Source of the DNA: Lama glama
Taxonomy: Eukaryota
Length of the DNA: 64,000 nt
NCBI GenBank assembly: GCA_028534125.1
Contig: CM052817.1
Span: 109,060,001-109,124,000 of the forward strand
Direction: 5' to 3'
Shown here: one piece after another, positions 1 through 12,437 of the stretch
Layout: each line of letters begins with the position of its first letter
Position numbering within the stretch: the stretch's first letter is position 1
Program-made: the position numbers and the translations under genes
The notes under the pieces: model-generated
Told to the model about the DNA's origin: nothing
Databases searched by the model: none
The model's input: the letters and a program-made list of their open reading frames with translations, nothing else

Positions 1-1255
1 TGTGTTTACTTAATTTCCATTGGTTTAACCCTGGGCAACAGGAGAATGTCCTGTCTTTAAGTAGATAATTGGGGGGTATTGTAATATTTGCAAATAATAA
101 AACAGTTTGCCAAAGTGGAAGAACTAATAAAGTTGTCTTAGGAGCCCAGAAATTTTAGTAATATTGCGATCTTTTTGTTCTCCGCTGTGCTCCTAATTTG
201 CATGTAAACTGATAATTCTGTTTGATTTCCCTAGCACAAAACTTGTAGCCATTTCCAAGCATTAGTCATTTGTGTTTTTGAGAGAAGAGAATTTCATTCT
301 CTACAAAAACACTGTGACGTGTATTTTCTCAGGCAGGTTACTTGTCCAATCTACACCTCATGGTGATAGTGAAACTGTTCAGGGTTTTAGTCCAAGAATA
401 TTTGTTTATGTCAGGAGAGGCACAATTATGAAATAAATCTGGATTTTAATAAGGATGAGAAAATCAAAGAAAAATAGTTCACTGCATTTACAAAACAAAA
501 ATACTTCTGGGTGCTTGAGTGTAAGTGCTGTATTTAGGGGAATAAATTTGTTTTGCATAAAGTAAATAATTTTATACAAATTTTACCTAAAAATGTGTTA
601 AATTAAGGCCAAAATTTTTTAAATTCATTTGTTTTGCTAATGAAATTGACCTAAATTCAGCCACAACTGACCATTCCATTCACTCCCACGTGGCCTGCTT
701 CCGTCAGGCTAAATTCTTATCTTCGTCTTAATGGAATTCAGTCACCGCTGTGTGGGGCTCCAGACTGGTCCTGGTCTGGTGTTGCTTTGTTTCAAATGTT
801 CGCAATGCTAAGGTTTTATATCTGCTTTCCTGACAAACTAATTGTATTTTCTGATTTACCATTCTTTGATTTCTGGTCCCCGTGTACAAACTGGTGTTTT
901 AATTTACATGTGATTTCTAACCACCGGCTCTGACTAGGATCTGGTCACCCTTGAGTCCAGCTGCGCCGATCAACCACCTGCCTAGTGGCTTCTCCTATCC
1001 CAACCATGTATGGGCCACACATGTCAGTTACATGATGAGATTAACCAGATAACTACTTACAATAAAAGTTTTAGGAAAAAAAAACTATGTTCTCTAGGAC
1101 CATCTTGTTCACAATGGATTTCTTTTCTGATTCACCAAAACGTCTCCAACATCACGCCTACATTCTCTGCATGCTGAGTATGAAACTCAGGGGCTCTCTC
1201 AGCCAAAAATCACACAACGTGCTCTTCTCAGTCACAGTTAAATAAGGAGTCATAC

Positions 1256-1756
1256 TGTAATAGAGGAGAAGAAACCTGACTATATGGGATCTGTTCCTTT
1301 AGCTTTAACCACTGTGCCCTGCTTCCTAGGCTTAGCTCTGCGCCTTCTGTGAAACAGTGTTGCCTTTAGCCTGAAACGTCCAGGAGAGCCTATTCTCAGG
1401 GCTCTGAGCTTTAAGGGTGTTAGGTCTTAAGCACTTATGTAGCAATGGCAAGTTGCGAAATAGAATAACCTCTGTTTTGTTGGAAGTTTACAGGGACATC
1501 ATGATCTGGCCCACATGGAGGGCTGCAAGAACAAAGAATGCCTGCAGCAAGAAGTTTGCACAACCAACCACTTGTATTTTTGTATAGAAGGAGCCCATAT
1601 TCTGACTGGAGCAGGATGGTTCTCCAAGACATTAGTCTGCCATCCTGCCAGTCTGTAAGCTTTCCGAATAAAGTCACTATTCCTTGCCCCGACACCTCGT
1701 CTCCTGATTTATTGGCCTGTCGTGCGGCGAGCAGAACGACTTTGGACTTGGCAACA
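1256..1756 (+). mobile_element. Solo ERV1-class LTR (MER34/MER39-like) in ASIC5 intron 8, antisense to the gene
   Basis: Begins TGTAA and ends ...GGCAACA. Exact 4-bp target-site duplication ATAC (1252-1255 / 1757-1760). AATAAA at 1667-1672. The 3' end 'attggcctgtcgtgcggcgagcagaacgactttggacttggcaaca' resembles MER34/MER39 LTR ends (from memory). Confidence 0.8.
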
Positions 1757-2787
1757 ATACTTGAAGTACACCAGTTTCCATATTAAAGTGAAATACAAAT
1801 AGATATCTGTACTGGAGATCAAAGTGTTAACAAAGATATAATTGTGATTTTTCTACTTTCCATCTTTTTATCTGCTAAGTGTTTGAAATGATACCTTAGC
1901 AACCTTGTCTTGATGAAAATACTTTTTCTTCCTGATTTGAAAGAATGCTTTACTGTCTAGGCATTTACCCAGGAGAGCGTTTTTAGTTTGTTTGTTTGTC
2001 TCATTAAAATAAATACCAGCTTAAAACTGGAATCAAAGCATGCTTTCAGAGTTGGAGCCTTGACTGCAGAAAAGTAAATCAGCTTTTAATTAGTTAATAT
2101 ACTTTATTATAATAGCTATAAGTACAAACACCAAGCGTACTGTGCTGCTATTTCAGGTTTTCAGCTTGAAAATATAAATAAAATACAAAGAGAAATGTTA
2201 AGGTTGCTCCCTGACTTAAAAATAGAGAGTTCTTTATGGTGTTTGGTTTGTAATTTCTAAGAGGCATGGTGTAGCAGAAAGAAACCTAACAGAGTCCTCA
2301 GTTCAACGAAACTGCCATTTAACTCGGTGGAAATATATGGAGTCGTGGGCTTTGGGCATAAATTCCTTGTGTGAACTACCTTCACAGGATGGTTACTCGA
2401 AATGCCACGGTCCTCAGTCCCCTCGTCTGTAAAATGAGGCTACTCTGAGCTCCGTCTACCTTAAACAGTTCTTAGAAGACTCAACTATAATGATAGACAA
2501 GAAAGAGATTTCATGTTTACACACGTGAACTGAGATTAGTCAGCATTATTTGCCGGTTGGGCCAAAAAAGGGTAAGATCATAAGCAAATTACTCAGACTG
2601 GCCTCATTTTACCTTTCGCTCAATTCAATTAATTCAATTTTCTACTTTTAGAATTCTAGGCTTCCACTGATCATTCATTAATGTAAGTCATAGCTTCCTT
2701 TGGTTGATCAGAATTTCATCTCCCGAGTCTTCGAAAATAAAGAAAGTATGTTAATTACAAATAATTTACCAGACTGAAAAAGGTTAC

Positions 2788-2956
2788 CTGACGTAGTCCC
2801 AGCTTCGATTCAACTTTTTGGAAAGATGTTTCAAAGCTTGGTGACTTGGAAACATTGAGTAAGAAACAGTAGCAGGGTACTCCGTTTCTTCACAGGGGAC
2901 AGGGCAGCTGGAATTATGTGTTCCCTTTGTACACAGTCCCTTAACTTCAATGTGGT
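2788..2956 (-). CDS. ASIC5: ASIC5 coding exon 8 (169 nt)
   Basis: Translates (D)HIEVKGLCTKGTHNSSCPVPCEETEYPATVSYSMFPSHQALKHLSKKLNRSWDYV(R). ttccag acceptor, gtaacc donor. Phase matches exon 7. Confidence 0.95.
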
Positions 2957-3248
2957 CTGGAATGAAAATTAACCCAGGAACTCAGAGAAGAGGACTATTC
3001 TATTCACAGTGGGCGGGAAAGAGCTTTTTAATAGTTTGTCATTTCACTTTCAATGCTTAAAACTGTGGTTAACAAGTTCTATCACTACTATACAAATGAT
3101 ATTCATATTTTATTTATATTTTAACTTAATACAGCAAAACCTGATTAATGACCAACTTCAGGCTTGTTTTCCAGACTGATTCTCCTTCAGGCCCTGACTT
3201 TTGTATATATCCTCTAGTTAGACTACTGGCAAAACCCACCACGCTTTA

Positions 3249-3287
<39 letters not shown>

Positions 3288-3478
3288 TGCACACACATAC
3301 ATGTATACATGCACACACATGTACGCACACATGTACACAATACATTATATACACGTACACACACAAACGTACATACATGTACACACATATACGCACACAT
3401 AGACACATGTACACATTCACATGCATACACACACACAAGTACACACATACATGTATACACACGTACAAACATACACAC
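3249..3478. repeat. (CA)n microsatellite followed by a degenerate (CA/TACA) low-complexity tract
   Basis: Pure CA run at about 3250-3284, then about 190 bp of cacatacatgtacac-type repeats. Confidence 0.95.
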
Positions 3479-4465
3479 TTTCCTGAGCCCACTATTCCAT
3501 AGTACGTGCATGATTTGTTTCCCCAAACTTCCCCCCACAGCCCCCGGAGGGGGTATGAAATTACAAGAAATTGACAATGTGACTTTACGTCAGTGGTCGG
3601 TGATAGGACTTACGCGTATTCAGATTGCGAGCTATTAAAAACATAAGGTCTCTCCCACCCACACCCGTTCCATGAAGTATTTTACCACCCTTGAAAAGAG
3701 CCTGTAAGTCTATTCCTGTGGTCCTGGAGACGTTTTCACGGTGCGTTAGAGCAGCAGGTTTCATAGAAGGGGATATAATATGATTCCATCTTAATGAAAT
3801 AACCAGTGACCTGAAGTCATAAATATGAAGCTGCATTTGTGGAGAAAATTAGGGCAGAGTATTCTAGAGTGTTAACATTGGTTGAAAGTTAAGAGAGATA
3901 CAAGCAAAAAAATGCTGTTTAAGAAGGTAAAGGTGGCATGTATGGTTGTGACTCCACTTATGTAAAATTATATCTATGCGCTTAATTATAAAGCACATGT
4001 AATGAAATGAAGAGTAAAAGAACAGTCACCTAAGCTGTGACAGTAACTCTCAAAGCGGTGCTACGTCTGCTGACTCCCACGTGACTCTTTCCTATTCTGT
4101 GATGTCTGCACTAGCCACAACAAGCATGCTTTATTTATGTGATGAGAAAAATCAATGAAGCTATTTTGATTGTAAAGTTTAAATTAAAAAAAATTAGAAA
4201 TAAAACCCAGAGGTCTCTTGCTGTTACTTTGTCACTGCGTAACTTTAATTCAGATGTATCTTGAAATCACAGGGTTTCCTGTTTTGTTTTACTGTCTGTT
4301 TCTATGTAAGCTATAGTTGCTAATTTTAAGAACGTTGAAAAATTACCCCTTATAGCCTCTCCTGTTTCATTTCTGAACTATCCACAGTATGATGTAGAGT
4401 CTTGTATTGCTCTGAGCAACTTTCATATAAATCCTGAAAATAAAGGAAGAAATGAAGCCACTTAC

Positions 4466-4522
4466 CGAGTACGGGCGACACACAGTTGTAAAACTTTTGC
4501 AGGTCACACTCTACCCCGTTTC
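4466..4522 (-). CDS. ASIC5: ASIC5 coding exon 7 (57 nt)
   Basis: Translates (G)NGVECDLQKFYNCVSPVL(D). tttaag acceptor, gtaagt donor. Not in the ORF track; found by reading the sequence. Confidence 0.93.
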
Positions 4523-5125
4523 CTTAAAAATAATAAGTGTAAATATAGACTTTACATTTTATGAAATAAGTGGCATAATGACAAAATACCTCCCATCCAT
4601 CCATCCATCCATTTATTCTTTTGCAAAAAAAACCCTGTGAAAACATAACACCTCGCAGAAATACACACTGAGAGGAAGGATAACCGTGTTATTTTTTTCA
4701 CTTCCATGTTTCTTTCCATCTGTATCATTCTAAAATCTTCTTAAGCAATAATAATAATTTTAAACTGCCCCTAGTTCTGAAATTTAAAATTGCTTTCGAA
4801 TTTATCATCCCATTCTTTTTCTACTGTAGTCCAATGATGTGGAAATCATCATTTTACAAATGAAGAAACCCAGGTTCAGAAAGTGGCCTGAGCAGTTAGG
4901 GACAAATGTCCTGTTCATTCTGTTCACCTTCCACCCCATGCCCTCTGCTCACTGATTTAAATTGATACGCACTCGCACATCTGGTCGGCTGCGTTTCCAG
5001 TGGCAGGGTGGGCCGGGGAAGTACCAACAGTTGTTAAGCACCTGCTGTGGACCTTGAGACAAAATCAGTATGTACCAGAGCTGGGTTTAATCCCGGGCTG
5101 ACTTTAAAGACTTAGCCTCTGCATC

Positions 5126-5261
5126 TTTTTATTGATTTTGGGGGTGGGGTGGGAGAGAGGAGGTAATTAGGTTTACTTATTTTTCTGTGGAGGTACTGGG
5201 GACTGAACCCAGGACCTCGTGCTTACTAAGCACATGCTCTACCTCTGAACTATACCCGCCC
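5126..5261 (-). mobile_element. tRNA-derived SINE, Vic-1-like (camelid)
   Basis: Reverse complement reads gggcgggtatagttcagaggtagagcatgtgcttagtaagcacgaggtcctgggttcagtccccagtacctcc...aaacctaattacctcc, with A-box/B-box-like motifs. Shared with six other copies in the window. Confidence 0.85.
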
Positions 5262-6181
5262 GCCACATCTTAATACAGTATTTGTCCATTGCTATAACCC
5301 ATGTATCACAGGTTAGCCTCAGTGTGTAGTTAATGGCCCTGAAGATGACCAAAAGAGATGGTCCACTTACAACTTGTGAGTAAGCTCAGTGGGCTATGAG
5401 GATGTGTGCTTTGTGAAGAAGTGAAAAATGAAAAAAATCTACCTCCACCATTGTTGGTAAATAGCTCTCTTTTCCAAAATGTTCCTTCTTTCTTGCAATG
5501 GTATTTCCCCCACTACAAAGAAGGATGGAATTCAGGAAATGACCCATAGCTGAGAGGCTGGCTTTGACGATGTCCTCTACAACGTGTTGGTGGAGATTCT
5601 GTAGCCAGTTCATGTAATAGCTGTAACTCTCAGTTTCCTCACCGGTAAGTTGACTTAGACGGATGCGTGAGGACCAAACCAAATGGCACATTGTCCTGAA
5701 AACACTTGATCGACCCTGAAGTTTGTGCAAATGTCATGCCTTGTGTTTCATATTTCCTCTTGCCTAGTTTCTGGACCATATTACTCAGTTTTTGTTTTGT
5801 AAGAAAGGAGACATTTTAAAAATATAATATCATTTTCCATCTACCAGTTCAGCCTTTTCCCCAGTAACTTCGGACGGATAATTAGGAATGAGGTCACATT
5901 GAGGAAACCTTGATAAGCAGCTTTAGCTACTCGAGAGCTCCCAGCTGAAAATGTGGAAAATGAGACCTGGGACCAGCTCAGACAACACAGCGCTCTTTCC
6001 TTTTCCAGAAATCTCTACTATGAGTCCGTGATGTACAGTCTGCCGGCTGCCATTTGTCAAGTGGGTGACTTTGCAGCGTAGACTTTCTTAAGCATGGAAA
6101 AGAGTTCCATGACACGTTTATCTCCGCGTCTCAGATTAAGCACCTAGAAGTCAAGAGGGGACGCAGCCCTTGTCTATTTAC

Positions 6182-6329
6182 CAGGAAGCAGGAAGGGGAC
6201 GCATCCACACAGCTGCTCTATGTGCCGAGCTTTGCATTCCTTCAGGCACCCACAGGTGCTGTACGTCCTGAAATTCTGCAGCTGGATGTGAGGGTTGCAT
6301 TCTCCCCAAGGGTATTCTTGATGCACTGT
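6182..6329 (-). CDS. ASIC5: ASIC5 coding exon 6 (148 nt)
   Basis: Translates TVHQEYPWGECNPHIQLQNFRTYSTCGCLKECKARHIEQLCGCVPFLLP(G), the Cys-rich ENaC/DEG thumb region. cttaag acceptor, gtaaat donor. Confidence 0.95.
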
Positions 6330-7217
6330 CTTAAGACAAAGTCAACACGTGGTTGAGGAGATTATTCTGAGCTCACTCACGCACCTCCACCCCAAGAAGA
6401 GATACACATCTTCACTTTTCTCTCGAAGGTCGGTGACTTTTTTTTTCCAGTTGGCTGCATTTGTGTATTTTGCCTACTCTGTTAACCTGAAAATTCCTGG
6501 AAGTGAGTCTAATTGTTGGCCTTTAACACACATCCCAACTGCTGTGTACCTGCAGTGAGTCGATAAAATCAGACCGACTACTCTAAAAATTAACTCCCAC
6601 CAGGAAAAGTAGTATCCTTTATGGAAATGATATTTTAGCATCTCACTCAACCCATGCACAAACCAGCAACCAAAATCACACAGAAAACCCTGCACTGAGG
6701 ACCTACTGTGTGCCATTTCAGTTGAATTTCCTGATAGCTGTGAAAGGAAATACCCCCCACCTCCCAGTGTGCAAATAAATGTCCCCCCCTCCGCAGTCCC
6801 CAGTATGCAAAGAGGAGATGGAAATTTGGGAGGTGAATGAAGGAAGTTACAGGGCAGGGATCTGCCAAGTGGAAACCAGCCAGACACTTCTGACCCCAGA
6901 AACCCTGCTCCTCCCGCAGACTTTCTCCTTCTCGAATGCCCTGCTGAGAAAACGCACAGTTCAGCCCCCTGGGCATTTCCTCAGACACTGTCCCTTCCAA
7001 CTGGAATGACAGTCAAAGTGTAGCTGGACTTGGTGAGGCTGCCGGCGTTCAGTTATATTGTGCATGTGAATTCACTGTTTCATGACATGTGAGTCTCCCT
7101 GTAAGGGATCTGAATGGAACTATGGAATTTCTGGGGTGTCAGAAGGCCTGGGAGAAGGGTGTGTCCACACAGAGGCATTAGGGATGTCCCTCGGGCACTG
7201 CATCTGCAGACGCTCAC

Positions 7218-7367
7218 CTTCACCTGGCGGATGGTCACCCGCGCGTGCGTCCCCACTGGCGACAACAAGCCTAAGCTGTCCAGCTGTGGCACCTTCACGG
7301 GCGAATGGATCGCAAAGACGATCCCAGCATCCACAAAACCAAGGGTGGGGTCATCCGTGAATTCCTC
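7218..7367 (-). CDS. ASIC5: ASIC5 coding exon 5 (150 nt)
   Basis: Translates EEFTDDPTLGFVDAGIVFAIHSPVKVPQLDSLGLLSPVGTHARVTIRQVK. tttcag acceptor, gtgagc donor. Confidence 0.96.
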
Positions 7368-7874
7368 CTGAAACCAAAACGTGCTTCTTGTCAAACTGCA
7401 ATTAGTCATCAACGCTGCATGAGTTTAAGATTGCATGTGGTCATCTCAGGAGAGCACTTGCCTTGTTTAAAATCAGGTATCTCGTAACAGGGTGCCATTT
7501 CTTTTTACAGGAAAGCGGCGAAAGTTGAACACCCAAGACATACTTTCAAGGCTGATTCCCACCTCTAAGCCTGGAAGGTTTCACACGGATGTTTGCCACC
7601 TTAGGGGACAGTCACAATGGACATCACGGCTGCTCCTCGCCTGATGTCCCTGGGCCTCTCCTCCCCTGCTTGCCTGCAGTTGCTTCCTCCTTGGCTGTTC
7701 TCTTTGCTTCATTTGCTTTACAAAATTATTCACCCCACATCTTCTCTTTGCAACCAAAATATCTGGTCTCACTTAAAAGGCAATTCATTTTCCCACAAAA
7801 GTGAAGACTTACACTACTTCCTTAATGCTTTTATGGGAAAATGAATTTAAGTTTTACAAAACAATTTTTAAAAT

Positions 7875-8326
7875 CATTTTTTAGTTGAAGTATAGTTGAT
7901 TTACAATGTTGTTAGTTTCTGATGTACAGCACAGTGATTCAGTCATACATACATATCAATTCTTTTTCAGCTTCTTTTCCATTATACGTTATTACAGGTC
8001 ACTGAATGTAGTTCCCTGTGCTGTACAGTAGGGTCTTGTAGTTTATCTAGTTTATCTACAGTAGTGTGTCTGCAAACCCCAACGTCCTAATCTCTCCCTC
8101 CCCTCCCATTGCCCCTGGGGAGCCATAAGTTGGTTTTCTATGTCTGCGTATCTGTCTCTGTTTTGTAAATAAATTCATTTGTGCCATTTTTTAGACTCCA
8201 CATATAAGTGAAATTATTTGATTTTTTTTTCTCTGACTTAACTTCATGTAGTATGATAATCTCTAGGTCCATCCACACTGCTACAAATAGCATTATTTCA
8301 TTCTTTTTATGATTGAGTAGTATTCC

Positions 8327-8365
<39 letters not shown>

Positions 8366-8530
8366 CACATCTTCTTTATCCAGTCATCTGTTGATGGACA
8401 TTTGGGTTGTTTCCATTCCTTTTATGCCCAGGAGTGGGATTGCTGGATCACATGGTAGGTCTATTTTCAGTTTTTTAAGGAACCTCCATACTGTCCTCCA
8501 CAGTGGCTGCACCAATTTACTATTTACATA
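7875..8530 (-). mobile_element. LINE-1 3' fragment with an internal (CA)n microsatellite (about 8329-8360)
   Basis: Typical L1 3'UTR and ORF2 C-terminal sequence (ttgaagtatagttgatttacaatgttg..., tagtattccatt, gtgggattgctggatcacatggtaggtctatttt). Confidence 0.85.
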
Positions 8531-9808
8531 TACCAAGATTTTCTATAAACCTTCTGTCAGATGAGCCAATTTAAGACTAAACTTCTGGTGCCTTTGCTAT
8601 TAGCTGTGATTTCAGGCCACAAGGAGAGGGAGAGGCCTTGCGAATGAGGTGGTTTTTCTTGTCAATGAGTCAACTGCACACGAGATTGCATTCATCTTGC
8701 ATCTGAAACTCCGGACCCTATTTCCCCTGGTCCTGTCATGACCCTCCAAGGAACACTTAACTGGCTAGTCTGGATAAACATTTCAGTTCTATTTACTTGT
8801 GGAATGTTGCGTTGAATTTGTGGATTTTAATTGTATTCTAAAAATATTTGAGACACTTCAGCTTGTAAAAGTAATCATATAATATTCAAAGTGACCATCT
8901 GGCTAATTCTTAAATAACATGAAAATATTGATGAGGTAGACACAGGAGCAGGGTACCTGCACTGCTTCCGAACATGAAAGAAAGTGTCTTGAATGGACGC
9001 AGGTGGCAGTTACGAAGCACACCTTAAGAGAAATTCCTGGCATGTAACCAGTGGCTTTGTTCACTTGGACTGGGGAGGTGGGTACTTTGCTGGAATTCAG
9101 GGAGGCTAGTTTTATTTCTCATCTTTGCCATCAATTTCTTGTGATTTTGGATAGTTCATTCAACAGCATTTCAGACTTTGTGTTTACAAAACCGAATACT
9201 TCTAAGTGTGTAATGCTAGAAATGATTGTGCAAGACAGAAGGTAAGAATTAACCTTGGGTGAGAGCTCTACCAGGAACTCCTGAAGCGAACACCACTGCA
9301 TTCTCAGGTGTCTGGACACATGCCTCCTTAGAACTTCCTGGACCAACGACACACAGAGCTAGGCAAAGTCCACTAATACAACGCTTTTGTAAAGCAAGTT
9401 TGTCATCAGCGTTTTGGAGTATGGATCCTAGGACTTGCCAAATGTCTGTGTATGGCTTCTTTCTAAAACATATTACCTAAAACCTAAAAATTATTTTTAA
9501 AATGCATAGGGTTGTCTTAAATGAACTATGTGCATTCTGATTTAGAAATCTCTAGTTTCCTTGTTTTGTGGCATGAACATTTCCAGAGTCATAACGATGA
9601 TAGTAAGTATACAGCTAAAACTATCCAGGTTCTGCCTCTCAGTTGTGCCTTTTTAATCTCTAAGCCAGTAGTTTGTTCATCCATAAGACTCTTGGCTAAA
9701 CCAACAAAAAATGAACTCTTGAGAACAATCTCCCAAGGCAAACGGTTCTGAAACTCCCACACATTGTTCCTGTCCTGAACCCTGGTTCAGTTTAAGAAAA
9801 TTCAATAC

Positions 9809-9934
9809 CTGATTGACGTTGAAGAGCAAGCTTAAGCCTCTTCCAGAAACACCCACTTTTCCCTTTGCTTGGAGATTGTCGCCATGATTAAAAGTAAAAC
9901 AGTTTCCATATTCAGTGAAGACGTGCACAAAGTC
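9809..9934 (-). CDS. ASIC5: ASIC5 coding exon 4 (126 nt)
   Basis: Translates DFVHVFTEYGNCFTFNHGDNLQAKGKVGVSGRGLSLLFNVNQ, including the ENaC/DEG YGNCFTFN motif. Acceptor tttgag, donor gtattg. Confidence 0.96.
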
Positions 9935-10560
9935 CTCAAATACGGAAAAAAAACCCGAAGAAACCACAATCAGCAGGGTACTCTGGCCACTTTGGAAGTT
10001 TGCATTGTTCTAAAATTCTTTTCTTAATCACAGGGCCTGAAGTGAGAATGCAGAAACAGCAGGAAGAACGGCTCACCTGGCACTTTGGGTTTGTATCCAG
10101 TAACAGTTGTTGGGTTTTGTAATCCACACTTGTCAATTTGTGCAGGAGTATCTAACTGAGACATTTTCATGCACAGATGGCTCCTGAGCAACAGGGGAGT
10201 GACCTGCATGGGTCCCTTGTTTTCAATAAATGTGCACCAAGTACTCCCCGATCTGGGGTTGGTTGACTCCTTGGCAGGATATAGACAAATGGATAAGGTT
10301 TTCCTTCTAGAAGGACTATCACCAGAGATGTCTGTTCCCTATTTTTTCCTATCAAACTGCTTGAAAAAGGCAACATGTCTCACGTGTATGCCATACCCCT
10401 GGTATCATAAGGCTGAACTAATGAAATATAATGAAATATAATCTTTGATTGATCAAATGTAGACTGATTCCCCATAGGAGTAAACTTTATCTCAATGTGA
10501 AATGGTGCAATGAAGTAGCTTATTATATTGATGGTATTTGAAGAAATATGGAATCCTTAC

Positions 10561-10746
10561 CTCTGGGCCACATGGCTTTCCAAAAAAGTCGCATTCTAAC
10601 AAAGTGCTCCTGTTGAGATAAAAACCTTTTTTCTTGACGAACTCCGTAATGCTGAAGTTTTGGTGACTTGTGAGAAAATCAATAGCCTCTTTAGAGCCAG
10701 TGGAATTGGTACTGACTTCTTGAAGATGAAGGACTTTGGATACAAT
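10561..10746 (-). CDS. ASIC5: ASIC5 coding exon 3, 3' part (5' part lost at the N-gap)
   Basis: Translates IVSKVLHLQEVSTNSTGSKEAIDFLTSHQNFSITEFVKKKGFYLNRSTLLECDFFGKPCGPE. gtaagg donor at 10560. The reading frame runs directly into the gap. Confidence 0.95.
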
Positions 10747-11246
10747 NNNNNNNNNNNNNNNNNNNNNNNNNNNNNNNNNNNNNNNNNNNNNNNNNNNNNN
10801 NNNNNNNNNNNNNNNNNNNNNNNNNNNNNNNNNNNNNNNNNNNNNNNNNNNNNNNNNNNNNNNNNNNNNNNNNNNNNNNNNNNNNNNNNNNNNNNNNNNN
10901 NNNNNNNNNNNNNNNNNNNNNNNNNNNNNNNNNNNNNNNNNNNNNNNNNNNNNNNNNNNNNNNNNNNNNNNNNNNNNNNNNNNNNNNNNNNNNNNNNNNN
11001 NNNNNNNNNNNNNNNNNNNNNNNNNNNNNNNNNNNNNNNNNNNNNNNNNNNNNNNNNNNNNNNNNNNNNNNNNNNNNNNNNNNNNNNNNNNNNNNNNNNN
11101 NNNNNNNNNNNNNNNNNNNNNNNNNNNNNNNNNNNNNNNNNNNNNNNNNNNNNNNNNNNNNNNNNNNNNNNNNNNNNNNNNNNNNNNNNNNNNNNNNNNN
11201 NNNNNNNNNNNNNNNNNNNNNNNNNNNNNNNNNNNNNNNNNNNNNN
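10747..11246. other. Assembly gap, exactly 500 N
   Basis: Counted from coordinates. A round fixed length is typical of scaffolder-inserted placeholder gaps. Confidence 0.99.
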
Positions 11247-12437
11247 TTTGTCTTCGTTTCTTTGCATAAATGATCAAAGGGCGGAAAATTGGATGGTAAA
11301 CACAAGGCAATGGAGAAGATGCTCAGGATGAGCATTAATCTTCACTTTGTTGCCATATTCAGCCTCCAATTCCCCAGAATGTTAAAGGTAGGCGTGCTAC
11401 TTCATCTGGGATCAACCAAGGTAGGAAGACAGAGTTTCTGTCACCTGCAGAAAAATGGAATCATCCTTCTGAGGGATTTGAATCTTGAGGGTCCAAGCAG
11501 CCCTAGGCTTGTGACATGAAAGCCAGCAGTGGGTCACTCTCAAGTGACATGACACTGAGGCAAGTCACAGCAGGTGCCAATAAAGGTTTGGGTCTCTGGT
11601 ATAAATCTCCTGTTGCGGAGGGATGGGGCCATATGAGAACCAGGAGCTGCAGAAGGCCATGTCGGACAACCAGACGGACAACTTGGAGGCTACAGCCCGG
11701 CTGCAGGGGAGCCATTAGGGTTAGCAAGGAGCTGCAGATGGGAGAAAGCAGGGAAGACCTGTTGTCGTGACCCCATGTGCACCTGAGCCCGTAAGTGCAG
11801 TACATTTATGGCTTTGGCTGATAGCCATCATTGGCTGATAGCTTTCTAGGTCAGTTTCACCTTTCACTCAATTGTAATTTGTCCTGCTAAATGAGAACCT
11901 CTAGGATTGCCCACTTTCCACCCACGCTGAATATTTTAACTTTAATTAAAGCACAAATCATTTTGGATAGATCGTCAAGTGAATGTATGCAGATTAGACT
12001 GTCTGGCAGAAATCTAACATTGCACCTCGGCACAAAGTACTGGACATTGAGGACTGGAAGTCACTGGGGGCAGCAACTACATCTAATCCTTTAAGGAATG
12101 AATTATTTGTTACCGAGCTTTGATGAAGACAGATCCTGCCGCTAAGACATCAAATAATTGAAACTCCCCAAAATAACTACAGTAGCAGAGAGACTTTCCA
12201 GCAAAGACAGAGCAACTCAGTAGAAATCCTGAGAAAACTGAGAAAATGGAAATGGTTCTTGTGGGAGCATACTTGATGGCAGCTCTGGAGGAGGAGGAGG
12301 GAGGAAGAAAATTAAATGCAAAAACAGGTAGTAGCTGTTCATTTAAAACCAATGACAAAATCGCTGATCAGTCTAAATGCCATGGCTCTCTCTACTGTAG
12401 CAAAGCAAGTTGCTGATACACTGAGAGGTGTAAGTCA

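Noticed and set aside
1..2787. Search for ASIC5 exons 9-10 (ENLV.IEINY..., DLGGQLGLFCGAS)
   Set aside because: Not found here on the minus strand, nor noticed on the plus strand right of the gap. They most likely lie left of the window, so their absence is not evidence of gene loss.
3148..3638. His/Thr-rich and Cys/Val-rich ORFs
   Set aside because: Translations of the (CA)n/(TG)n microsatellite.
10492..11335. Long ORFs (177-272 aa) spanning the gap
   Set aside because: Artefacts of the N run. Only 10561-10746 is real coding sequence (ASIC5 exon 3).
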